Of a stretch of DNA of 64,000 bases, positions 1 to 7,126 are shown piece after piece. The DNA lies in the NCBI GenBank assembly GCA_964533715.1, contig CAZHNI010000004.1, positions 13,741 to 77,740 on the forward strand, written 5' to 3'. Every line of letters begins with the position of its first letter. Within the stretch, counting starts at the first letter, position 1. Origin of the DNA: an uncultured Gammaproteobacteria bacterium (lineage in GTDB: Bacteria; Patescibacteriota; Patescibacteriia; Magasanikbacterales; GWA2-37-8). Below the pieces are notes generated by a model. That model saw nothing but the letters and a program-made list of their open reading frames with translations. It was not told the DNA's origin and did no database searches. Made by a program: the position numbers and the translations under genes.

Positions 1-1
1 C

Positions 2-30
2 TTGACAACATAAATGAGCATTGGTATATT
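2..30 (+). promoter_or_regulatory. sigma70-type promoter of hrcA heat-shock operon
   Basis: TTGACA (2-7), 17-bp spacer, TG-n-TATATT (22-30). Confidence 0.85.
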
Positions 31-55
31 ATCACTCAGAATGATAGAGTGATAA
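29..55. promoter_or_regulatory. CIRCE-like HrcA operator (variant)
   Basis: TTATCACTC-N9-GAGTGATAA perfect inverted repeat; canonical CIRCE is TTAGCACTC-N9-GAGTGCTAA; overlaps the -10 box upstream of hrcA. Confidence 0.9.
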
Positions 56-75
56 ATTTAAAAATATCACAGCGT

Positions 76-762
76 ATGGAATCGCGCCAGGCACAATTAC
101 TTAATTTAGTTATAGAAAAATACGGAGCCACGGCCGAGCCGGTAGGGTCGCGTTTTTTGGTGGATTCGGAAGAGCTAGATTATAGTGAAGCAACCGTGCG
201 CAACGAACTGCGCGAACTTGAAGAACAAGGTTATTTAACTCATCCGCACACCTCAGCTGGGCGTATCCCGACTCTTAAGGGGTACCAACATTATTTAAAA
301 ACTATTAATTTTTCTGAACTTAAATTACCGGAATCTGAAGCTAAGATTCTTGAAAAATCGTTTAGTGTTGATGATGAATATGAACAAGCGCATAAAAATA
401 TTGCCAAAACGCTAGTTGATTTGTCCAATGAGACCGTAATAGTGGCTTTTTCTTCGGATTTTGTGTATTATACGGGCCTAGCGCGCTTATTTCAGAAGCC
501 TGATTTTATAGATAGAGAACTAATAGCTAATGTGTCAGAAGTGTTTGATAGATGTGAAGAAGTAATTCCTCGTTTTTTTGATGAAGTTTCGCGTGAACCT
601 AAGTTTTTTTTAGGGTCCGAACATCCATTTGGTGAGATGCTCTCTGTGATTTCTATGCGTTTTGGCAAGAACGGCGGATCCTTAATTGCGCTTCTTGGCC
701 CACAACGGATGGATTACAAACATAACTACGAATTGATGAGTAAGGCACGTGAGTTGATTTAA
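76..762 (+). CDS. hrcA: heat-inducible transcription repressor HrcA (short form)
   Basis: EPVGS...SEATVRNELRELEEQGYLTHPHTSAGRIPT wHTH motif, C-terminal GPQRMDY; ATG 76 preferred over GTG 49, which lies inside CIRCE. Confidence 0.93.
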   Translation: MESRQAQLLNLVIEKYGATAEPVGSRFLVDSEELDYSEATVRNELRELEEQGYLTHPHTSAGRIPTLKGYQHYLKTINFSELKLPESEAKILEKSFSVDDEYEQAHKNIAKTLVDLSNETVIVAFSSDFVYYTGLARLFQKPDFIDRELIANVSEVFDRCEEVIPRFFDEVSREPKFFLGSEHPFGEMLSVISMRFGKNGGSLIALLGPQRMDYKHNYELMSKARELI

Positions 763-767
763 TAAAA

Positions 768-833
768 TACACGATACATGGAAAACGATACACAACGAAA
801 ATGTATCGTAATATATGTATCGCGAATCGTGTA
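768..833. repeat. 7-nt-period inverted repeat hairpin (TACACGA-type)
   Basis: tacacga tacatgg aaaacga tacacaa on the left; complementary tgtatcg..tgtatcg cgaatcg tgta on the right. Confidence 0.7.
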
Positions 834-840
834 AATTGTT

Positions 841-1710
841 ATGCCAAGTGAAGATAAAAAATATCCCAAAGTTACCACCGGCACCGTTATTATCAACCGT
901 TTAGGTAAAGTTTTTTTAATGCGCAGTGAAACTCGTTTTCAAAAACAGTATCACATTCCTGGCGGTCATGTAGAGTGGGGCGAAACATTAGAGGATTGTC
1001 TTAAACGCGAAGTAAAAGAAGAGACCGGCCTAACAGTATATGCTCCGGAATTTATTCGCCCTGTTGAATTTGTTTTCTCGCCCTATTACGACGAGAATCG
1101 TCATATTATCCCTCTAGATTTTGCTGTAAGAACGGATGATGAAGAAACGGCTGTGCAATTGGATGACCGTGAGGGTGTGGCATATGCTTGGTTTACGGAA
1201 GACGAAATTAATAGCAGCAAAGAAATAGAAGCCACCACCAAAGAAACAATTTTAATGTACTTTGAGAGCAAGAAAAAAGATTCGCAATGCGCCGAATATA
1301 AAAGTGGCTGGCAACGGGCCGTGGCTGATTATCAAAATTTACAAAAGGAAGTCCGCGAACGTCGGCAAGAAATGGCACAAATGAGTGAACAGCAGATTTT
1401 GGAAGAGTTTATTCCGGTGTATGATAATTTGAAATTAGCAATTAACAACGAACAATTAACAAATAATAAAGATCCATGGCTCCAAGGTGTCAGGTATGTA
1501 GCCAAGCAATTTAGTGGCATATTAAAGGCGCATAACATTGAAGAGATAAAAACAGTTGGAGAAAAGTTGGATACTAAATTTCACGAAACAGTTGGTGAAG
1601 AAGAAAGCGACACTGAATCAGGAATAATTCTTAAGGAAGTTGACGGCGGGTATATAATGGGTGGGCGAGTTATAAAAGTTGCGAAAGTTATAATTTCTAA
1701 ACGTATTTAA
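841..1710 (+). CDS. grpE: NUDIX hydrolase - GrpE fusion protein
   Basis: N-terminal Nudix box GGHVEWGETLEDCLKREVKEETG; C-terminal GrpE motifs WQRAVADYQNLQK, FIPVYDNL, FHETV, GYIMGGRVIKVAKV; follows hrcA. Confidence 0.88.
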   Translation: MPSEDKKYPKVTTGTVIINRLGKVFLMRSETRFQKQYHIPGGHVEWGETLEDCLKREVKEETGLTVYAPEFIRPVEFVFSPYYDENRHIIPLDFAVRTDDEETAVQLDDREGVAYAWFTEDEINSSKEIEATTKETILMYFESKKKDSQCAEYKSGWQRAVADYQNLQKEVRERRQEMAQMSEQQILEEFIPVYDNLKLAINNEQLTNNKDPWLQGVRYVAKQFSGILKAHNIEEIKTVGEKLDTKFHETVGEEESDTESGIILKEVDGGYIMGGRVIKVAKVIISKRI

Positions 1711-1716
1711 TTATTT

Positions 1717-2067
1717 ATGTCAGCAATGCGTGATAGGGCGCCCAGTGTGGCAGATCGCAAAAATATCTTAATAGATGAAATGAGAAAAGAAAATGTTGGG
1801 AAAATAGCCACGTACGATCCGTATATACAACAGGGGGCGAGTGTTGTCATTTTAGATGAAAATTTTTTAGGTTTTTTTGAATTAAGTTTTAGCGGTCGGT
1901 GCGAAGTAGGCAATTTTAGTTGGAGAGGAGGGGTTGCCGCTTGGGCCGATATTGTGTGTAATGGCAAGGTGATAGCTAAAAAAGTACCAATGACAAGCTT
2001 GCGCAAGTATTCTGAGTTTAAAAGTAAATTTATTGAAAAAGGCGGCGATTTATTGACTATAAATTAA
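1717..2067 (+). CDS. hypothetical protein
   Basis: 116-aa ORF filling the gap on the operon strand; no recognised motif. Confidence 0.55.
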   Translation: MSAMRDRAPSVADRKNILIDEMRKENVGKIATYDPYIQQGASVVILDENFLGFFELSFSGRCEVGNFSWRGGVAAWADIVCNGKVIAKKVPMTSLRKYSEFKSKFIEKGGDLLTIN

Positions 2068-2120
2068 TTATTTAAATGCTCTGGCCACTGTTCGGTGGTT
2101 GGCGCTAAAAGGAGAAACAT

Positions 2121-2570
2121 ATGTCTCTCATTCGTTGGTCCCCCATGTTTGATCCTTTTTCAGACATGGACGAAGTGTTCAATAGGTTACCGGCAATGTC
2201 CAGTATGCAACAAATGAAATCGTTTGTGCCGGCAATTAATATGTATGAAACAGATGCGGCTGTGATGGTAGAAATTGCACTCGCCGGGGTAAAACCAGAA
2301 GATGTTGATATTAGTGTACAAAAAGGCGTTCTGGTTCTTAAAGGCCAAAGCAAAAAAGAACATGAAGTAGAGGAGAAGAATTTTTATCGTAAAGAAGTTC
2401 GGAGCGGATCATTTTATCGCGAAATTGCGCTCCCCACGCATGTACAGGAAGATAAAGTGACAGCCGAGTTTGAGGATGGCATGCTAAAAATTACTTGTCC
2501 CAAGGCCGAACCGGTTCAGGCAAAGAAGGTAAGTGTTAAGGTGGTAAAGAAAGAGAACGGGAAGAAGTAA
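2121..2570 (+). CDS. Hsp20/alpha-crystallin small heat shock protein
   Basis: PAINMYET, GVKPEDVDI, SGSFYREIALP, AEFEDGMLKITCPK; AGGAG RBS. Confidence 0.95.
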   Translation: MSLIRWSPMFDPFSDMDEVFNRLPAMSSMQQMKSFVPAINMYETDAAVMVEIALAGVKPEDVDISVQKGVLVLKGQSKKEHEVEEKNFYRKEVRSGSFYREIALPTHVQEDKVTAEFEDGMLKITCPKAEPVQAKKVSVKVVKKENGKK

Positions 2571-2581
2571 ACACACATTTT

Positions 2582-2712
2582 TGTCATCCCGAGCGAGCGA
2601 AGCGACGAGCCTGCCTCCTGCATGCGCAGGCATGGCGCAGGCAGGGGATCTCTGTCCGTTTCGTCAACTAAACAATTGAGACAGAGATTCCTCCTTCGTC
2701 GTCGGAATGACA
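2582..2712. repeat. TGTCAT...ATGACA palindromic element, gene-less copy with nested 36-bp palindrome (2610-2645)
   Basis: ends tgtcatcccga / tcggaatgaca; inner atctctgtc / gacagagat; matches the flanks of the GIY-YIG gene. Confidence 0.9.
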
Positions 2713-2768
2713 GTTAATTTGTTCGCTCCATCCGGAGGTGACATGACGGATAGAGGTCTATAATTTTT

Positions 2769-3434
2769 ATGCCTAACTCAAAGTTTTATCAGTTTATATC
2801 CGCGTTGTTTGTCACCTGTTTAATTATTTCAAATATTATCGCCGTTAAAATTGGTGCGTTTGGCAGTTATTTTTTGCCAGTCGCCGTCATTTTATTCCCC
2901 ATTACATACATCATTGGTGATGTTTTAACAGAAGTCTATGGTTATGCCGCCGCCCGCCACGCCATTTGGATGGGGTTTTTCTGTAACTTGGTGGCAGTTG
3001 TTGCTATTTATATTGGTATCAAAATCACACCCGCGCCGTTTTTTCAAAATCAAGCGGCGTTTGAGCAAATCCTTGGTTTCACTCCACGCCTCCTTGTTGC
3101 CTCGTTTATTGCGTATTTGGTAGGGCAGTTTGTAAATTCTATGGTGCTGGCCAAAATGAAAATAGCCACGAATGGCAAACATTTGTGGATGCGCACGATT
3201 GGTTCCACCATTGTCGGCGAAGGTTTGGATTCCGCTCTTTTTATCTCAATCGCGTTTTGGGGCATAATGCCGCCATCGGTTATTGGTACCCTGATTGTAA
3301 CACAATGGATTTTCAAGACACTGTTTGAAACGGTTGCAACGCCGATAACGTACCTGGTAGTGGGCTATTTGAAGAAAAACGAGAAAATCGATGTGTATGA
3401 TAAGGACACTAATTTTAGTCCAGTCAAAATGTAA
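2769..3434 (+). CDS. yhhQ: queuosine precursor transporter (YhhQ/VUT family)
   Basis: SNIIAVKI, FPITYIIGDVLTEVYG, ASFIAYLVGQF, LWMRTIGSTIVGEGLDS; next to queF. Confidence 0.92.
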   Translation: MPNSKFYQFISALFVTCLIISNIIAVKIGAFGSYFLPVAVILFPITYIIGDVLTEVYGYAAARHAIWMGFFCNLVAVVAIYIGIKITPAPFFQNQAAFEQILGFTPRLLVASFIAYLVGQFVNSMVLAKMKIATNGKHLWMRTIGSTIVGEGLDSALFISIAFWGIMPPSVIGTLIVTQWIFKTLFETVATPITYLVVGYLKKNEKIDVYDKDTNFSPVKM

Positions 3435-3441
3435 TTTAGGC

Positions 3442-3832
3442 TGTCATTTCGAACGAATGTGAGAAATCTCTGTCCGTTATGTCACGCAATCACAATTACT
3501 ATGTTTATTTAATGGCAAGTGTGGCTTATGTGATATATATTGGAGTAACAAATGATCTAGTTCGGAGAGTCGAGGAACATAAGAACAAAATATCAGAAGG
3601 TTTTACTAAAAAATATAATTGTAATAAATTAGTTTACTACGAACATTTCGGCCATATTAATGACGCAATCTATCGAGAAACTGAAATAAAAAAATGGAGA
3701 CGAGAAAAGAAAGTTAAATTAATTGAGAGCGAGAATCCACGATGGAACGACCTGTATGACACCATTACGGACAGAGATTCCCCTAAGAGGGATCGCGAGA
3801 CCCCGTCGGCGCGAGCCTCGCTCGGAATGACA
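3442..3832. mobile_element. putative nuclease-carrying copy of the TGTCAT...ATGACA element
   Basis: left end tgtcatttcgaacgaatgtgagaaatctctgtccgt and right end acggacagagatt...ctcggaatgaca bracket a GIY-YIG ORF; lies between yhhQ and queF; mobility is inferred. Confidence 0.7.
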
Positions 3833-3841
3833 GTAAAATAA
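3479..3841 (+). CDS. GIY-YIG nuclease family protein (small, stand-alone)
   Basis: YYVYLMAS...YIGVTNDLVRRVEEHK, GFTKKYN, LVYYE, AIYRETEIKKWRREKK, NPRWNDL; last ~25 aa read through the right-hand repeat. Confidence 0.92.
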   Translation: MSRNHNYYVYLMASVAYVIYIGVTNDLVRRVEEHKNKISEGFTKKYNCNKLVYYEHFGHINDAIYRETEIKKWRREKKVKLIESENPRWNDLYDTITDRDSPKRDRETPSARASLGMTVK

Positions 3842-3842
3842 T

Positions 3843-4241
3843 ATGCCTACAAGTAAGAATGATTTAGCAAAACTCACCAAACTTGGTAAGGAAGCAAAAG
3901 CCTCTCGCACGCTGGAAGTGTTCCCAAATCATGCCCCTAAAGGTACCATTGAAGTTACTCTCCACTGCACCGAGTTCACCTGTCGTTGTCCCCTAACGAA
4001 CCAGCCAGATTACGCCGAAATACAAATTACCTACGTGCCGGATAAATTTGTGGTGGAATCAAAATCGTTCAAGTTGTATTTAGAAACGTACCGCGATGAG
4101 GGTGTATTCCACGAACATTTAGCGGTGGATATTGGCAAAGATTTTGTGAAGTTTGTAAAACCAAAAAGTTGTGAAGTGTTAGTTATGTTTAATACACGCG
4201 GAGGCATTGCGATTGACGCGAAGTGGAGTTATAAAAAATAG
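3843..4241 (+). CDS. queF: preQ0 reductase QueF (type I)
   Basis: EFTCRCPLTNQPDYA, VESKSFKLYL, FHEH, FNTRGGI. Confidence 0.92.
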   Translation: MPTSKNDLAKLTKLGKEAKASRTLEVFPNHAPKGTIEVTLHCTEFTCRCPLTNQPDYAEIQITYVPDKFVVESKSFKLYLETYRDEGVFHEHLAVDIGKDFVKFVKPKSCEVLVMFNTRGGIAIDAKWSYKK

Positions 4242-4246
4242 TTTGT

Positions 4247-4369
4247 ATGTCTAAAAAGCCTGAACTTAGCGGATTTTTTGGGAGTTTTGTAAAAAAGGCC
4301 AAGGGCGTGATTTTGGCCACGGAAATCGCGCATATTTTAGATGAGGGGGGAGTGGGAGGAAAGAAATAA
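4247..4369 (+). CDS. possible 40-aa small protein
   Basis: hand-translated MSKKPELSGFFGSFVKKAKGVILATEIAHILDEGGVGGKK*, tightly fills the queF-4378 gap. Confidence 0.35.
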   Translation: MSKKPELSGFFGSFVKKAKGVILATEIAHILDEGGVGGKK

Positions 4370-4377
4370 AGAAAAAT

Positions 4378-4986
4378 ATGTTGTATTTTGTAGTTGGTTT
4401 AACAATTGTTTTGGCTCTCGTGTATATACTGTTGGCTAGTTATTTTAATAAAAAGAAATTTAATAATGATGATTGGCCAAGAGATTTTTTGGAAGACAAA
4501 TTTCTTCGTTTATTTGAATTAGTTGTTTTTGGCCTGGTTGTTACTGTCGCTGGAATTCTTGTGGCAAGATATTGGCAGGCAAGGGACGATAATGATTTGA
4601 AGAAGAGCAAGGTGGATTTGGCTGATGAAATGAATATTTCATCTATATGTAATTTTTCTAAAAATACAATGACAACTAGTACTAAAACCGGAACATACAT
4701 CATAGGGTTACCAAGTGATTCTTTCGAAATATCCATTTATTTTAGTAATGCTGATTATTTATCCAAATTACCCACTTCTACGTATAAAGATTATATTGAA
4801 TGGATTAGGATGTTGCGTGGGGCAAACACCATAGTCGGCGGACTCCCGTTTGTACCCGAAGGAACTGTCTATAAGTATAATACATTTTTGAACGCGATGA
4901 ATGCCGTCGTGTCTAAAATTCCAAAAGAAATTAAGAGCCAAGAATTTTATAAAAAATTAATTAACGAAAAAGGACAATGTTTATAG
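4378..4986 (+). CDS. hypothetical membrane protein
   Basis: two N-terminal hydrophobic segments; AT-rich. Confidence 0.6.
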   Translation: MLYFVVGLTIVLALVYILLASYFNKKKFNNDDWPRDFLEDKFLRLFELVVFGLVVTVAGILVARYWQARDDNDLKKSKVDLADEMNISSICNFSKNTMTTSTKTGTYIIGLPSDSFEISIYFSNADYLSKLPTSTYKDYIEWIRMLRGANTIVGGLPFVPEGTVYKYNTFLNAMNAVVSKIPKEIKSQEFYKKLINEKGQCL

Positions 4987-5041
4987 AAAAATCGAACGAT
5001 ATTTCAATAATTATTTAATAGGATTAATAATCTAATTTAAT

Positions 5042-5104
5042 ATGAGCAAAGTTTTAGGAACCCGCCTTCGCTACGCTACGGCGAGGCAAGCCGATCTCGT
5101 ATAG
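5042..5104 (+). pseudogene. dead duplicate of the dnaK 5' end interrupted by a ~30-nt palindromic insert
   Basis: MSKVLG-T[RLRYATARQA]DLV* versus Dna[11 protein letters not shown]; insert cccgccttcgctacgctacggcgaggcaag (5061-5090). Confidence 0.75.
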
Positions 5105-5136
5105 CAATTTTATAATCTTTTAATCTTATTTACACT

Positions 5137-7059
5137 ATGTCAAAGGTATTAGGTATAGACTTGGGTACAACTAACAGCTGTGTCGCCATTATTGAAGGCG
5201 GACAGCCAAAAGTATTAGAAAATAAAGAAGGGGCGCGAACAACCCCCAGTATTGTTGCTATTTCTAAATCGGGAGAACGATTGGTGGGGCAATTGGCTAA
5301 GCGTCAGGCGGTTACAAACCCGGAAAATACCCTGTTTTCCATCAAACGTCTTATTGGCCGCAAATGGGAAGATGCCGAAGTCCAGCGCGACCTTAAACTC
5401 ATGCCCTATAAAATTGTTAAGAGCGGCGAAGGTGTTAAAGTAACCATGCAGGGCAAAGATTATTCTCCACAAGAAATTTCGGCCATGGTATTACAAAAAA
5501 TAAAAGCTGATGCCGAAGAACGTTTGGGCGAAAAAGTAACTGAAGCGGTGATTACCGTGCCGGCCTATTTTGATGACGCCCAGCGCCAAGCCACGAAAGA
5601 CGCCGGTGAAATTGCTGGCCTTAAAGTGCTGCGTATTATTAACGAACCAACTGCCGCCGCCTTGGCCTATGGTTTTGATAAGAAAAAAGATGAAAAAATC
5701 GTTGTCTACGATTTGGGTGGTGGCACTTTTGATGTGTCTATTCTGGAAGTTAGTGCTGATTCCGTGCAAGTACTTTCTACAAACGGCGATACACACCTTG
5801 GCGGTGATGATTTTGATCAAGTTATTATTCGTTGGATTATTGATGAATTTAAACGTAGTGAAGGAATTGACTTGAGCAAAGACAATTTGGCGCTCCAACG
5901 TATTAAAGAAGCAGCGGAAAAAGCCAAAATTGAACTTTCAACCGCGCAAGAAAGTGAAATTAATCAACCATTTATTACCTCTGATGCCAATGGTCCAAAA
6001 CACTTGGTAATGAAGTTAACTCGAGCAAAACTAGAAGAACTAGTTGGCGAGTTGGTAGAAAAAACACTTGGTCCGGTGCGTCAGGCATTGTCGGATGCTA
6101 AACTATCGTCTAGCGATCTAAACGAGGTAGTAATGGTTGGCGGTATGACGCGTATGCCGCTTGTACTTCAAACCGTAGAAAAATTCTTTAACAAAAAACC
6201 AAACATTAGTGTAAATCCCGATGAAGTGGTGGCCGTTGGCGCGGCAGTACAAGGCGGTGTGCTCCGTGGTGATGTTAAAGACGTTTTGCTTCTTGATGTT
6301 ATTCCGCTTTCGTTTGGTATTGAAACCATGGGCAGTGTGATGACTAAGCTTATTGAACGTAACACCACCATTCCAACCTCCAAAACCCAAGTATTCTCCA
6401 CCGCGGCCGACAACCAACCGGGCGTGGAAATTCACGTACTCCAAGGCGAGCGACCAATGGCCGCGGACAATAAAACACTGGGACGTTTTATGCTCGACGG
6501 TATTCCACCGGCTCCACGTGGTGTACCGCAAATTGAAGTCAGTTTTGATATTGATGCAAACGGAATTCTTCACGTAAAAGCTAAAGATAAAGCGACCAAC
6601 AAAGAACAATCCATCCGCATCGAATCATCGTCTGGCCTTTCTAAAGAAGAAATTGAGAAAATGAAAAAAGATGCCGAAGCTCATGCCGATGAAGATAAAA
6701 AGAAGCAAGAGCTTATTGAAGCGCGCAACATTGCCGATACGATGGTGTATACCACCGAAAAAATGATGAAGGAAATTGAAGATAAAAAGGTCGCGAGCGT
6801 TACCGATGATGAGAAAAAAGCAGTGACTGAAGCGCTCGCTAAAGTAAAAGAAATAAAAGATAAGGATGATGTGGAAGCTATTAAAAAAGCGGCTGAGGAG
6901 TTATCTAAAGCAGCGCAGGCTGTTGGCACTAAAATGTACCAACAAGAACAGCAAAATAAAGGACCTTCCTCCGCTCCAGGAGGAGCTTCGGACGGCAAGG
7001 CCTCCGGTGAAGATGGCAAAGGGCCAATTGAGGGTGAAGTAGTTGATGATAAGAAGTAA
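5137..7059 (+). CDS. dnaK: molecular chaperone DnaK
   Basis: [37 protein letters not shown], full length. Confidence 0.99.
   Translation: MSKVLGIDLGTTNSCVAIIEGGQPKVLENKEGARTTPSIVAISKSGERLVGQLAKRQAVTNPENTLFSIKRLIGRKWEDAEVQRDLKLMPYKIVKSGEGVKVTMQGKDYSPQEISAMVLQKIKADAEERLGEKVTEAVITVPAYFDDAQRQATKDAGEIAGLKVLRIINEPTAAALAYGFDKKKDEKIVVYDLGGGTFDVSILEVSADSVQVLSTNGDTHLGGDDFDQVIIRWIIDEFKRSEGIDLSKDNLALQRIKEAAEKAKIELSTAQESEINQPFITSDANGPKHLVMKLTRAKLEELVGELVEKTLGPVRQALSDAKLSSSDLNEVVMVGGMTRMPLVLQTVEKFFNKKPNISVNPDEVVAVGAAVQGGVLRGDVKDVLLLDVIPLSFGIETMGSVMTKLIERNTTIPTSKTQVFSTAADNQPGVEIHVLQGERPMAADNKTLGRFMLDGIPPAPRGVPQIEVSFDIDANGILHVKAKDKATNKEQSIRIESSSGLSKEEIEKMKKDAEAHADEDKKKQELIEARNIADTMVYTTEKMMKEIEDKKVASVTDDEKKAVTEALAKVKEIKDKDDVEAIKKAAEELSKAAQAVGTKMYQQEQQNKGPSSAPGGASDGKASGEDGKGPIEGEVVDDKK
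6964..7000. repeat. CCTTC...GGCAAG hairpin motif in frame in the DnaK tail
   Basis: ccttcctccgctccaggaggagcttcggacggcaagg encodes [12 protein letters not shown]; resembles the 5061-5090 insert. Confidence 0.55.
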
Positions 7060-7083
7060 AAACGGTATAATTTTACCAAAGCG

Positions 7084-7107
7084 TGGGGCGAGAGTTTTCT
7101 CGCCCCA
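7084..7107 (+). terminator. stem-loop downstream of dnaK
   Basis: tggggcgaga-gttt-tctcgcccca; no clear U-tract. Confidence 0.55.
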
Positions 7108-7126
7108 GCTATATTAAACAGAAAGT

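Noticed and set aside
49-75. GTG start for hrcA at 49
   Set aside because: It lies within the CIRCE operator; ATG 76 gives the typical HrcA N-terminus.
2719-2768. Canonical preQ1-I riboswitch ahead of yhhQ
   Set aside because: The AGAGGTCTA resemblance is not followed by the complementary stem and A-rich tail; kept only as a low-interest candidate leader.
5215-7079. Many antisense or alternate-frame ORFs over dnaK and other core genes (e.g. 6118-6609, 57230-57700, 62344-62907)
   Set aside because: Shadows of conserved genes on the opposite strand with no motifs of their own.
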